A stretch of DNA of 64,000 bases from Tubiluchus corallicola (lineage: Eukaryota; Animalia; Priapulida). Positions 39,968 through 54,100 of the stretch are shown here, one piece after another. The stretch is taken from positions 682,001-746,000 of the forward strand of contig JAQGDQ010000062.1 of assembly GCA_030141605.1 (NCBI GenBank), read 5' to 3'. Positions within the stretch are counted from its first letter, which is position 1. The number at the start of each line of letters is the position of its first letter. Made by a program: the position numbers and the translations under genes. Below the pieces are notes generated by a model. It had not been told where the DNA came from and did no database searches. It saw nothing but the letters and a program-made list of their open reading frames with translations.

Positions 39968-42473
39968 ATTAATATATTATATTAATATTATATTATTAAT
40001 TAATATATATATTAGTAAGCATAAAATAAACAATTTTTAAAAATGACAACGATCTTACATATATATATATATATATATACATATATATATAAGTTGGCAA
40101 TTAAGCTTAGTTTTTTAACATTTTCTTGATAATTTGTAACTAGAATATAAAAGTTAAATACATTTAGTGTTTGTTTTTATAAAAAAAAACATAGACATTT
40201 AACCAACTACTTTGAAGCATCATAATGTAGCTTTAAGTATGACACTTATGGGTGGTTTTAGTTTGCAACCACACATACATATAAAGAAATTGTGGGTTTA
40301 ATGAATTATTCTGAATTACAATGTGCTAATTAAAATATGAGTATTTTTTGACTGTTGCTTACCACATTATGATACATGTGAACAGCTTTAAACAAAATTT
40401 TACTCTGCATAAATTTTACAACTTGCAAAAGATTGAACTTCGCCTTAAATTCTGAAACTTGGAAAAGCTTCAAATTTTACAGTTATAAAAAATAAGATAA
40501 GATATGCCTACATAAAATGCATAAGACAATTATAAATGGTTTATATAGTCTAGTTTCCCGAGGATAATGTGTACATACCTCTCAACTCGCGATATAGTTC
40601 CTCGTCCATAATGTCAAAGGTAGACCATATTGCTTTGTCATCAGGAATGTCATTCTTTTCCTTCCAGCCACCACATGCATAGTGGTAGAAGTCATGACAT
40701 GGATCTGCGGATAGATCCATGTTGGCAACCAGCGACGCAGCTGAGAAAATTGATAATTTAATTATCATTATTTCATTTCGTGCCATTACAGATACAGCCA
40801 TATATTCACATTACAACATATTATAACAAGGAAAAGTTAGTATATGGTAACACAAAAAGGAAAGAAATTAATATGCATAAAATAATCAATTTTTAAAAAT
40901 GACAATGATCTTACATAATCGTACGTAAAATATCATTGGTTTTCACTTATCCTTCACAGATAATCTTGCAAACACACATTAAACACATTAATAACTAGGT
41001 TTTTAACATTCATGTTACCAACCTCAAAGATAAGCCATACTTTCTTCTTAAGTGACAATAACTATCGTTAGTTAAGTACAACATTAATTTAATACTGTCA
41101 ATGCTCGAGTTTTGAATTTTCTTTACATTATTAATGTATAATTTATAATATAATAATTCCAGAAGATGAAAAGTAGATTTAAATCAGCATTATCAGGCAG
41201 GAAAATAAGAAATCCAAAATAAGCAGACATTGCATTACAGTTTCATTAAGAAAAAACAAAAACGAATGATTTGCTTTATTGAACCACAATAGAAAGATTT
41301 GAATATTAAAGAACCACTATTATTGCTTTAAAAGTTACACAAATTTCCACAATCTTCAGCTCACTTTAAAATAAATACAAGCTAAACAAAAAATTTAAGA
41401 CTAACATCTCAGAAAATGTAGAAAATGTCAAGGAAGTTATCAGTTATTACTTATAGTTCTCAGTTACAATTATCAGTTATCATTTATATATGTAGAAGAA
41501 GCTTGTTAAGATTTTCCTTAACTCCTTCAGGACCATAAGCGTTTACTGCATTTTGCATAGGTTCATGAAAAACTGCTCTCATTAAGCAGCGATTACGTTA
41601 TATTTGATAATTTTTGTAGGTTTCTACTCCTCGTGCAATGGATTTTCATGCAAAATTACATATGAAATGCATCTGCTTACCTTAGACAAATTGAAAACTT
41701 GTTTTTTAGACTTGAAATTTTGATGAAAAAATTGAAAAAAGCTTTCAGTAACTGCAGTGTTTGTAGTGTTAGAAAGTACAGTATCGCATGACTAATGCAG
41801 CAAATTTCAACTATCCAGACCCAACACTCTAATACACTATGGCCATAAGTCTACTCTTGTTTTTAAGGAGAAATTCCCGTTGAAAGATGAAACGAGCTTA
41901 ATTTGTTCTTGGCTGATTGGTTGGCTTTTCCAGGAACTCTGTATGGCAGGCAGTAGGAAGCAGGCGACCAATAAACTAGTGTGTACCTTCACACAAGTGT
42001 GCATCAGACCAAGCTACTCAAGTTTGAGTGCGTAAAGAGGACGTGCTTTTCTTAATTTTAATCCATTTAAATCACTTATCAATGTTTAAACAAATAGCAT
42101 GATTGGATGGAATAGATTCTCCTGAAGAGAATAAAACCTAATTTGTAATCATTTAGTTAAGTCTGTGCTTATATTATAGTACAAAATTCATAGGTCTTAT
42201 AAAACCTATTTTGAATGGTTCTGAAAGAGTTAATATTGCTATAATGATTTCCTTTACACAAGCAACAAGGGAAAATTTTACATTTTGCAGCCACGAAGCA
42301 AATGTAATCAAAATTTGTAATTTTGCATCCTACCTGCTTTAACACAAACTGGTTCATTGCAGATTCTCTCATGCTGCTTCAAGCCTTGAAAAAAAACACA
42401 TAAAAACATAAAAGTGGAAAAATTATATAATAAATACACAAATGCAATACTAAATTAGAAACACTAAAAAAGT

Positions 42474-42545
42474 TTCGCACCTCAACTAAGACTCGAACCT
42501 AGGCCTTCTACTTTCAGGGCAATGTTAGCCACTACACCACCGGGA
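42474..42545 (-). mobile_element. tRNA-derived SINE head (not a functional tRNA)
   Basis: Minus strand tcccggtggtgtagtggc..ggttcgagtc: Pol III A and B boxes, but poor acceptor and anticodon stems. A related B-box fragment is at ~30915-30945. Confidence 0.55.
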
Positions 42546-44410
42546 ATTGACATGCACATGAAAAAAATGCCAAAAAGTTTTTCAAAGCAAAAAGTGCTGT
42601 CTGAGGTGTGATGTTAAAATAGAACATACAAAAAGCATCAAAGACCAGGGCTCTGTCCCAGACATCACCAGTGGAGCTTACAAGGCTCCTTCAGACCCCC
42701 TAGCTGAATTTTTGGGGAATCTCCCTACTCTGGCCAAAAAGTTGCAAAAACTGTATGTGTAAATGCTTGCGTGAATGCTTGTGTGATGTGCATAATGCAT
42801 ATAAATTAGACAATATCTGCTCTTGTATTTATGCTTGAACGTGCAATTCTTTTTTTAGAATCACAAAGTATCAATTCAAATGTAGAGATGATGACGGTGG
42901 TAATACTGATGACGATGACGACAATGACATCGACACTAATACTTTTAGAAAAAATTACAGTTACAGTATTTTTGTGAATTTAAATCATAATAAAAGTTTA
43001 TTCTGTAACAACACAACAATGTTTTGCGTATCAGAAACTTTGCTTTTACTTTCTTCTACTTTTCTTTCCTTTCTGCTTTCCCTTCCTCTTTTTTCTCAAC
43101 ATTCTTCATCACTCTCATAAGTTTGCTAATACTATAGTAATACATCGACGAGATGCTAGCAACGGCAATAGTAACAATAGAAGTGGTTGTTATGTAGTAA
43201 CAACCATGTTATAATAACTCTGCAGTGCCTATAGCAGTAGCAACTTTTCATTTTACCAAAATATTCTTGCGCATCAGCTGGAATACAAATTGCACGGCAG
43301 TGAAGTGGTTAATTCCGCGTAGCAAATCAGACTGTGTTAAGCAATATGGGATATCAATGCAAAAATCTCCTACAACTAAGACCAGCTACTCTATAACGTC
43401 GCTGGTCGATATGCTGACTAACCATAGATATTACTATCGTAACTCACTATATTTATTATGCGAATGGAATTCTAAAGGCGTCGTGACGGACACTGTGAGA
43501 AATAGTTGTCGCTATACCATAGATCTAGATAAAAGACACACCATCTACAGTAAGTCTATGGGTTATATGAACAAGCAAAGCAGGAGCAAACACACTGGTC
43601 GCAAACGCAAGAAAGGCCTAGATATAAGAATATGTGTAACATGCATAGTGTAAGCCCATTGGAATGTAATTAAAAGGAATGGCCCATTGAAATTAAAATT
43701 AATGTAACGTAATACCTTAATTTGCATTACACCAGTAACAAAATATTCCAAAAATTCAAATTCAACTATACATGTACAGTTTACGTTTTGGGCTGTGAGC
43801 AAGATCGCAAATGATTAACCACCATTGACTTAAGATAGGTATAATAATACATGTCAGTTTACGTGCTTAAGACCCTGTATGTAAAATTTAGCCTGTCTAA
43901 AGATACCTTAATTCTACCTTGCATTCTGGTAACCATTACTCCTAAAGCTACAGCGAGTCCTGCTGCAATGAGTAACAAGATGATACATACTGCTAGTAGG
44001 GATTTGTGTGATGAACTCCATTTTGACCCACTGAAATTAAAAAAGGTTTCTTAATTTGAAATCAGTAAAGAAAATAGTTAATTTAATTACAATAATTAAA
44101 ATAGTTCTGAAAATTCAATTACTATTACACGATATCTGCAGTTTTCTCTGCACCTCACTGAAAATTTTGAAAAGCATTTTCATTTGTATAAGCATAATTT
44201 GAAAAGTAACACTAACAACACAGGTCAGTGAATTTATGTTGTACTGACTTGCACACAAATAACGTAGTGGCAATAAATAAAAAAGTTTCCACTAGCTTAT
44301 GTCTAAACTCTAAAAACTTCCAGTATACTAAATTTTATTATCTTAAAAACTCGTAATAATTGTTCTGTAATGAGTTGGCAAAACTGTTATTACGAAGGCA
44401 TGGGTAAGCT

Positions 44411-44450
44411 CTAATAATAATAAGGATAATAATAATAACAATAATAATAA

Positions 44451-44504
<54 letters not shown>

Positions 44505-44555
44505 GATGATAATGATATGATGATAATGATAATGATAATGACAATGATAATAATG

Positions 44556-44606
<51 letters not shown>

Positions 44607-44966
44607 GTAATTAGGGGTGAGCAATTGAGCATCGAATGTTCGAGTTCTTATGTTCAAATCGAATTGGATTCGAACCTAAAATTATATATTTAACTAATTC
44701 AGCATTTCAACCCACATAATGTTATTTATAATTAAAACATTTGAAACATTATGCAGCTAGCAGAATCTACCTGCGATTTCTATGCCCAAATTTTAGTCAA
44801 ATTATTAGAACAAAATCGAGTATAACATACATTAAAAATATACTGAAATTCTGCCCAATTCGAATTCGAAAGTCACAAATTCGATTGCATTCGAGATCGC
44901 TTTCTGGAAGAGAATGCTCAACCCTAATAATAACAACAACAATAACAATAACAATAATAATAAATC

Positions 44967-45044
<78 letters not shown>

Positions 45045-45057
45045 CAACAACAACAAC

Positions 45058-45092
<35 letters not shown>

Positions 45093-45121
45093 TAATAATA
45101 ATAGTAATAATAATAATAATA

Positions 45122-45170
<49 letters not shown>

Positions 45171-45172
45171 TA

Positions 45173-45227
<55 letters not shown>

Positions 45228-45325
45228 CAACAACAATAATAATAATAATAATAATAATAACAATAATAATAATAATAATAGTAATAATAATAATAATAAT
45301 AATAATAGTAATAATAATAATAGTA

Positions 45326-45358
<33 letters not shown>

Positions 45359-45379
45359 ATAATAGTAATAATAATAATA

Positions 45380-45415
<36 letters not shown>

Positions 45416-45442
45416 GTAATAATAATAATAGTAATAATAATA

Positions 45443-45491
<49 letters not shown>

Positions 45492-45535
45492 CAATAATAT
45501 TTATTATTAGTATTATTATTATTATTATTATTATG
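44411..45535. repeat. Long (AAT)n/(GAT)n/(AAC)n trinucleotide microsatellite split by a MITE
   Basis: Direct observation; it explains the poly-N/I/L ORFs in the track. Confidence 0.95.
44612..44926. mobile_element. hAT-like MITE (TAGGG termini) inside the (AAT)n tract
   Basis: TIR taggggtgagca / tgctcaacccta; imperfect 8-bp flanks atagtaat / ataataac; ttcgaa-rich subtermini; a related inverted copy lies at ~580-748. Confidence 0.7.
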
Positions 45536-46631
45536 TTATAATACTAAAGCAATTAACTTCCTCAAGAACAGGTGATTTTAGAATCTCTGATTACATTGTA
45601 AAATGTACAAAAAGCAGGCAAACAGCCCTCTACTCTCCAGTTTTTCTACTAGATAGCCTAACACTTCATTCTTAGGTGCTTCTCATTGTTATGTTGTACT
45701 GCCGCGGTCCTATTTATTTCATACTGTTCTAACTAGGGGTTTGTGGTGTTATTTTCATTTGCTCTTATTTGTTTGCAACTATGTCTGCCTGTTTGTTTGT
45801 TTCATTTTTTTGTTTGAATCATTATTTATTCAGGTGTTTAGGCCAATTCGATTCTCGATTTAAATCCATACAGGTAATTTGTTTTTTTTTATGTTTCATT
45901 TTTAGCATACCAATTAACAAGTTAAAATGATGGTAATATATGAAAATAACAATAACCGTCTTATTAACAGTAATAAATGCCGAGTAAATTGAATCTAAAT
46001 TATAACGAAAATGAAGCAGGCAAAAATAAAACAAAATTTAACAAAAAATAATAATGATAAAAATAAGCTGTAATACTATGATATTTATAACATTGGAATG
46101 ATGGTCCACATCTCTCATTCAACACTTAGTCTTGCTTAGTAAAAATAATGTTTTCGGCGCAGATGATAAGACAGTCAATCGTATTAAAACAACGTGAACA
46201 GAATAATTTTGGCCTAGCAACATGCTAAAATGAGTAAGTACGTGAAAATACCTGAATTTTATTTGATTTGGAGCCGTCAGAGTGGTCATTGTTGAGTTTC
46301 GCTGATGTTGCTTGCACGAAAATTAACGACACCTGCAGTGAACAAACGTTAGAACTTTGGTTAAACCAAATCAACACTTCTCTTGGAACTTTCGTTAAAC
46401 CAAATCAACACTTCTTTTCGAACTTTCGTTTCATTTCACGCACATCTCGTGATCTTAAAAAATGCGAAAACGTCCAAGGACGATTACTGGCTCCCTGGTG
46501 CAGAAGAAAACAAGTCTTGCACCAAGTGCCGAAAAAATAAGAATTGCTTGTGAAAAATTCTAGAGTCAGTTAATTATGAAGCTGCTCACACGTGTAATAA
46601 CGACAGCGAGATGTGAAAATGTATTATAGTA

Positions 46632-47847
46632 GAATGTATGCCACTTCGCCAGTGCACATATTGTCAGTGGTACATTTCGCTAGTGGCACGCTTTACAAGT
46701 GGCACACTTCGCCAATGGTGCAGTTCGCCAGTAGTACAGTTCGCCAGTTGTACATTTCGAGGGTAGTGCAGTTCGCGAGAGGTATACAGTTTACCATTGG
46801 CACAGTTCGTCAGTGGTACATTTCTTCAGTGCCACATTTCGCCAGTAAATGTTTCGCCAAAGACACATTTCGCCAATGCACATTTCGGTAGTAAAGTTTT
46901 CTCCGTTGTGTTATCTTGGTACATATCGCCAATACGCACATAAAATCGATTTGATCCGTTAAGTCCAAATTCATTAATTCGTTATCATCAATCCAATTTT
47001 CGCAAAGCATGTATTTAGTTTAAATTCAATTTCATCAATTACATTATTAAATGAGAACATCGCTTCTAAGCAAAAATCACGAAACTAATCATCCATCTCA
47101 AGTGATAATTGTTCATAACACGTTACATTTCAATTAGTACACTTTCAATGAATCCATCTTTTGAAGTAGGTACAGTACGGGACTCTTCGACCCAACGTTT
47201 CTTCTGAGCCAATGATTTTCAATAATTTCTTCATTACAGATACCAAATGATATTTAAAACGATCGATCGATGGCAAAATACGAATCACTGATATGAGGCA
47301 TATTAATACTTATAATAAAGGTAAGGACATTGGTGAAGTGCTGAACAATATGTACGAAGCATGTACAAAGCATGTACGAAACATGTACGAAGCATGTACG
47401 AACAGCGAAATCAACTGTTGCCAAAATGAAACGTTAATAAAACCGAAAATTAACAGATGTGCATTATGGCAAAGAAATTTTACTGGCAAGATGTACCACT
47501 CCGAAATGTGTGCTGGCGAACTGCAGGCGAACAAAAACACTTTGTTAGAGGAAAAAGTAATGACATAAAAAAGAAATTTTACTGGATCAATTACTGTAAA
47601 AACATTACAGAAATTTAGCTAGTGAAACGTACTACTGGCGGGGTGCACACTGGTAAGCTGTACCATTGGCGAACTTTTTATTAAACGATAAAGTAATAAC
47701 ATAACAGAGAAATTTTACTGGCGAAAAACACCACTGGCAGAATGTATACTGGCAAAATGTACCTCTTTAATGTGTATCAATAGCGAAGTACAGTTTTGGC
47801 GAAATGTAAAACCGACGAAATGTCAACTGGTGAAATGGGTAGATACC
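46632..47847. mobile_element. Non-autonomous Mutator-like (MULE) element with 9-bp TSD
   Basis: Exact TSD ATTATAGTA at 46623-46631 and 47848-47856; G...C termini; inverted arrays of ttcgccagt / actggcgaa subterminal repeats. Confidence 0.85.
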
Positions 47848-50800
47848 ATTATAGTATACACTAAGCAGTATGTTCAAACACTAGCTACTTGCTTAGGGAG
47901 CTGTACACATCATTCCCAACAAAAATTCCAAACTAAAATAATAAAACCGAAAACCAGTATTTCAGACAGCCCTCGGCCATTTTACAAGAACGCAGACGCT
48001 TAATAAAGTTTAAAAGCCTGCTGAGAATGTATTCGTGTCTGGAGCGAGGTGTAGATCTGCATACTGTTTCTACGCCATGCATATGCACCCACTAATCGTC
48101 GAAAATACGCTAACATTCGACGTACTACTGTATTCATTATTCACAGTGAACAAAGCTTCGATATTCCTTACTTTAAAATATGCACTATACTGATCTTTAC
48201 AAAACGACAAGCTGACCAGCAAGGGTTAACAACTACAAAAATGCACAGTGATTACTCTTTTTGTACAAGACACGATACAGCAGTGAAAACAGGACATTTT
48301 ATACGGTTTTGCATGATCGCAATCAGACTCATTTTTAAGAAGGTGTTTCTTGGACCAGAGTCGCCAGACACTGAGCTGGCAGAAATCCTTCAGCACCCGG
48401 ATGTGAAATTCTTTCTTTTATGGAACATGGAAGAAAGGCTAAGCATTAGCCGTACTGGGCGGCTCGAAAGTCACTACTGCGATCGCGATTACTTTGTCCC
48501 CTTGGGGCTGTGAAAACAATAGTGAGTATATATTTAAAATTCACGGTATGCAAATTTAATTGAAGACTGTTTTTCTTTTTAAATCTTGCTGTAATTTTAG
48601 TGAGTTCTGACAAGAGTAACAATTTTTAGGAATTCTTTTGTTATTTTTGTAATATATACTTTTACAGTTCACTATTAATATGATAATCTCTTGGCGAATT
48701 ACTGAAGGCAAAATTTACCTCTCTCATGCGATTTGAAGATTTGACTTCTCTTTCCAAAATCTTATGAGGCTATATAATACGTATTATGAAAAGTTCTTTT
48801 CAGAATGAACTTATTTCAACTAAACAATTCTAAAAGATTTAGCTCATCTAGACTTATACTTGTTTTCAAAAGATTTTGGTTTATTTATAAAAATGAAAAA
48901 ATGTAAAGTGTATTATAGTGACTTGTCAGAAACCGGTAATACATTATACTGTTTCTATAATAATCTTACCTTATCAGCGAGGTGTCCTAAACAAAGCGTA
49001 AACTACAATTAATGTGTAATTTATATGGCACAACAATTATTGCAGTCACTGTAGGCGTACGTGCAATTCATAGACATCGCAAAAACGTTTTTTGCCGTAC
49101 ATGAACATGTGCACAGCAGAGTAACTTAACTGTCAACCTATTACTTCCATCAAAAGCAAACTTCCAAGTGAAATATTTCACCTGAGACTATTACGTAATG
49201 AATGCAACAACATGTACTACACTCACAAGGTTCTGCTAAGTTTTAGCCTTAAGGGAACAAACTACTAGTTCTGTAATGCGTGCGTTGAAGGGGGCGCATC
49301 CAAAATAAACTAAAATCTATGAACCTGATCAAAACTACCCAAGAAAAGCTGTGCAGGCGAGCGATAAAGTCCTTACATGTAAAATTACCTTACAATGGTT
49401 AGAATAATAGTCTTCCTGACACCGGAGGAAAGTAATTATATGCCACTTAGGCGTATATGTACATAACACACAAATCTTTCACTTAGTTTCTGCTAAATAA
49501 AGTGTTGGGACATTGTCAACATACAGTACTGTATATTGTAAAGACATTAAAATTCCGGTCGTTCCGACAATTTTGCCCTTTTTATTTTAGTGTGTCATTC
49601 GTCTTTTACAACGTCGTTTGCCGGTAGTATATTAAAATTCGATAAATTAATGTAAAAATATGATTGAAGTTTTTCGACTATAAAAAACTAACAATAAATG
49701 TGGGTCTGGCTTAGCAATACGTTTTAAAGCACCTCCTTTTAATGCGAAACTTCAAATACATTTCAATCATTCTAGAACACAGTCTTTTAATGAAAATTCG
49801 CGATGGCAAAAATAGAAATTAGATACTAGTTTTTGACATTTTTACCAAGGTATTATGTTACCAAAAAACGTCGCGTAAGTTAATTCAAGTTTTTCCTGAC
49901 AGATGGAGCAACGTATTTTTCATTCCGGAATATCCTATTGCATAGAAGCGCTTATCATCTGCTGTGGAAAAGGTCTTTACGCTTAATTACAATAATTATG
50001 TAGAATTACCCAAACCCCGCAAAAGTTTTGTGCATAAACCCACTATGACCGCAATGACTGGCCAGATCTTTAACTCGTATTAAACAACCTATACACGTTA
50101 CTCGCTAAGTGCAATCACTTATTTCAATTGGTACAATAAACGTCTTCTCGGTGGTGTTCACAAAGAGAAATGTAATTAAGAGAAGTCACGCGTGACTTGC
50201 ATGATATAGTCTATTAGGTTACAAAGCTAAAATTGATTACCACACATTTCATTTGAGTTAAACTCACAAGCACAAATCAAACTTCTATTACACAGACTCA
50301 TACGCTTTGTTCTGAATTTCAGCAATAGGTGGCAACACCATCCAGCACACCTGCTACATAACACATTGCCAAGTTTAGCTTAGCAATGTTACACGCGTCC
50401 GTTTGTTGAGCCTAGGCTAGTTGTCCCTCAAACTCTTCAATTTACGGATTTTTTTCTTTCAGTCGATTATATCGCTAAAATAATGATTGATAAGTATTTC
50501 AAAATCAGGTCTCAAAATGAAAATGCTAAGATTAGGACAAGTATCCACCAAGGAATCATCTCGCAAGTCAAGCAAGCTATTCTACTTTGGAATTCTCTAC
50601 TATCACAGGTTAACCAACTAGGTCCTTATCAGCATTTAAAACAAATTTAAGATCAGTAATATTAACCAAACAAGAATATAATACCATCGCACCAGCACAA
50701 CAACATGCACACCAATTGTAAATTTCTATATCCACTGTCACATTGATAATTAAATAAATCATAATTTTTAATTATTGTAAATAGCTGTAAATATGTTTTA

Positions 50801-51179
50801 TTTCTATTCGCCATTAAATTTTGTTTCTACGCTTTTCGATACTGCACAGCAGTTTTCGTAATACATTGACGTCATCGTTGGCTTTTATTACAATATGAAG
50901 TATTAACATGCATAAACAAAATTGTAATTATTGTTCTCCTTAGCTACATAACAACATTGTCAGAGTAACATGCCACATGAACCATTGCACCATCAATGCT
51001 GAGCATATAAGGTGACTTACTGCTGTAATGCTGAACAGCATAGCATTTACAGACTTGCAGATTCACAATAACCAGATTAACGATAAAATGGTTTAAAATT
51101 TTAAAACACATTTGCTATATTTTTTGCAAGGGTTACTGTTGTGTTGTCAGTTTTATGAAAGTGCAAAGATAATTAAATC

Positions 51180-54100
51180 ATGTATATTACTGCGTTCGTA
51201 ATTATGCTTTGTCTAACTGTGACAAATTTTGAAGTAAACACAATTTCTCAGTCAGGTAAGTATAAACAGTTTTTCTAACAAGACGAAATGTCAGGTTGTT
51301 GTATGCCGCGGTAGTGGTGTCTAACCTTATGAGATTTAAAAGTTTGTCTAAATTACAATAAAAAATTTGCTTTTTATCAAGAAACGGCATACTACTAGAA
51401 GACCGTTTATGACAAAGTTATGTACTGAAGACTCTGCAAACTACTAGTTCACAAGTGTAATATAATGTAGTGTAACATAATATAATGCAATCTAATAGAA
51501 ACATTACGCTACATTATATTACATTATATTACATTACTTTATACTTGCAGAACTTATAGATTGCAGAATGTTCCATTTATGCATTACATTGCATTTTAAT
51601 TACATTACATTACAGCACGATTAATAAAAAACGCCAGGCAATTAATCTTTACAGTGTCTGCATCGTCAGAGATGTCTGTTGTTAAATCAAACTAGCTGAA
51701 GATCATAATTCTATTTTAATTAAATTTGCTATGCTTGATTATCTTGGAATTGATTTTTTTAATCAGATCTGAACTTGCTACTTTATGGGCCCGCAATCCA
51801 TGAATCCGGGGATCTGAAGATCTAAAAATTGCTACAATGAATTCCCCATGCTTGATTAGCTAGGAATTGCATTTCGTTCCGATGAAATCCAAATTTGTGA
51901 CATTTTGACACGTGACCTTGGGTCAAAAGTGGTTGTTAGCCCTGGACGCGTAAAGGATAACAGTGTGTTGAACTCTGACCACTGGTTAAGTGAATGGCAG
52001 TTGAAGCAGTATTCGTGAGTCGAATTGAATGGTATAATTTTCGTTAAGATTGATTGCAAATTTGGGGTTGAGGGGCCAATTCTTCTTTTGTCAAATGAAA
52101 CTAGCTTGTTGTATATCAAAGGAATGGTCTAGATGAGATAAAATGAGCGGTATACATTGACAGGAGATTGATTGACCTTTGACCCACAGCTCACGGGTTG
52201 AAAAGTTATAAGTTGTAGTTTTATTGCAGAATGCAGTTCCTAGGCAGCGCGAATTGAACAAAATCAATTTACGATTTTCAAACTAAAGGCTTATGCCATT
52301 AAAAAGTCTAATTTTGTGACCATTGTTTGCATAATGGTCTAAGATAAAAAAAATATTTCGAATTTTAGAAATAAGGGATTTTGAGTAAAGTAAGTCTGCC
52401 CATCATCGTCGTCATCATCATCATCATCATCACCATTCAATGAATCATACGTCTCGGGACACGATTCTGTTCACCTCCTTCTGCCAGGAGTCCTTTTACT
52501 CGTTGCAATGCCAAAAGTGCATTTATCTCTAAATCTGCCCATATTAAAAGAATAACTTTTTGCAATAGTAGCAACCTTTCAGCACAAATTTGCAAAAGAA
52601 ATAATATCAAAAAACGATTGACAAATTAAAGAAAAGAAAAAAGTAAAGACATGCTCTGTCGAAATAATGCGATACAATGAACTGAAATGAACTCAACTGA
52701 TTGTAGCTACATTAATTGTCAAATAATCAGTGTTTTTGTTTTAACAGGTTGCAATGATAATAACTATTGGTGCCAGAAGTGGGCTAACCAAGGAGAATGT
52801 AAGATTAATCCCGCCTACATGTTGTTCAATTGCAGAAAGTCTTGCAATAACTGTGATAGCAGTAAGTATTTATGTGACACATTAGACCTGACCTGTCTAC
52901 CCATACATGTAAAATATACCGTTGTTGTCACGTACTGTAAGGGCCTATTTACACGTTGCTATTTTGATGCGCCATGTAAATAGGCCCTAAGAGGCGTTTA
53001 TTGACAAAGGTTTTTGCCCTAATGTTCACATTTAGGCTCCTATCTAGCGACCATACAAACTCCAGGTTTTTTTAAAATCCCAGAAGCACATTTATCACTG
53101 CATAACTAAATACTTGTGAAAAAATAGAGTTTAAGTCAAACACAAAGGATCAGTTGAGTGACAATTGAAAACTGACCAACGTCCAGTACCTTTGACATTT
53201 TGACCTAACGTCATAATCCCTACACCTTCCCTTGAGACTTTATCTTGTGTATCTGTACTTGCAGGTTTCCTAACTCTTGCTCTTTCTCATACGGAGTGAT
53301 GAACATGGTCCAATTTTAACACTTCTGCTCATGTCACGTGACCTGGTCACGCCCACTCTTTGGAAGCCAGTTCCCATACATCTACCCTTGCCTGCCTACC
53401 CATTAGCGCAAAAGTATAAGTTCCTTGTCTAACACTGTAGGTGGAAAAATCAGTTTTCACATTATGACCTCTATCACTAGGATATTTGACCTAGAGGTCA
53501 CCATGTCTGTACCACAAACTGGTGTCCATTTAGTCTGATAATTTTGTGACTCTAGCTCTTACACGTATGTAGTTATTGCATTGACCTAATTTTAACACTC
53601 TCATTCGAGTCACGTGATCTGACCACACCCACTTGGAAAATTTTTATTGCACATCTACAGTACAATGCTACTCACAATTGCAAAAACGTTGACTCCTAGT
53701 ATATGATACGTTTGCCCTAATTTTCAGACTTTCTGCCCTAATTCTCGGAATTTTACCAGACTCCGATTTCTGAAATGCATATCTACCCATAATACATTGA
53801 TACTTGCGAAAAAATAAACACGATAAAGTTCAACATTTTGCTAAAATTTTATTCTTAAGAGTATGTCGATACCATTTTTTTCTTATAACTCTACAGATCT
53901 GAAGGTCTAAACATTGCTTTTAATGAATTCCCCATGCTTGATTAGCTAGGAATTGCATTTCGTTCTGATGAAATCAAAATTGGTGACACTTTGATCCGTG
54001 ACCTTGGGTCAAGGGCGGTTGTTAACCCAGGATGGGTGAAGAATAACAGTGAGTTGCCTTCTAACCTCTGGTCAAGTGGCAAAAGATAGTGAGAATACTT

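Larger units (their letters stand above)
39536..46289 (-). pseudogene. M13 family metallopeptidase (neprilysin/ECE-like), only the first five coding exons present
   Basis: Exons 46289-46252, 44030-43918, 42384-42334, 40740-40579 and 39616-39536 join in phase: MTTLTAPNQIKFSGSKW..LLAVCIILLLIAAGLAVALGVMV (type II TM)..[57 protein letters not shown]. No downstream peptidase exons (HExxH) were found in the window. Confidence 0.85.

Noticed and set aside
42474-42545. tRNA gene
   Set aside because: A and B boxes are present but the cloverleaf does not pair; treated as a SINE head.
44338-45541. Long poly-Asn / poly-Ile / poly-Leu / poly-Tyr ORFs
   Set aside because: By-products of the (AAT)n microsatellite within a neprilysin intron.
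49903-49972. Alternative first exon for the ShK/EGF gene (MEQRIFHSGISYCIEALIICCGK)
   Set aside because: Phase fits, but the donor is weak and it is less signal-peptide-like than 51180-51255.
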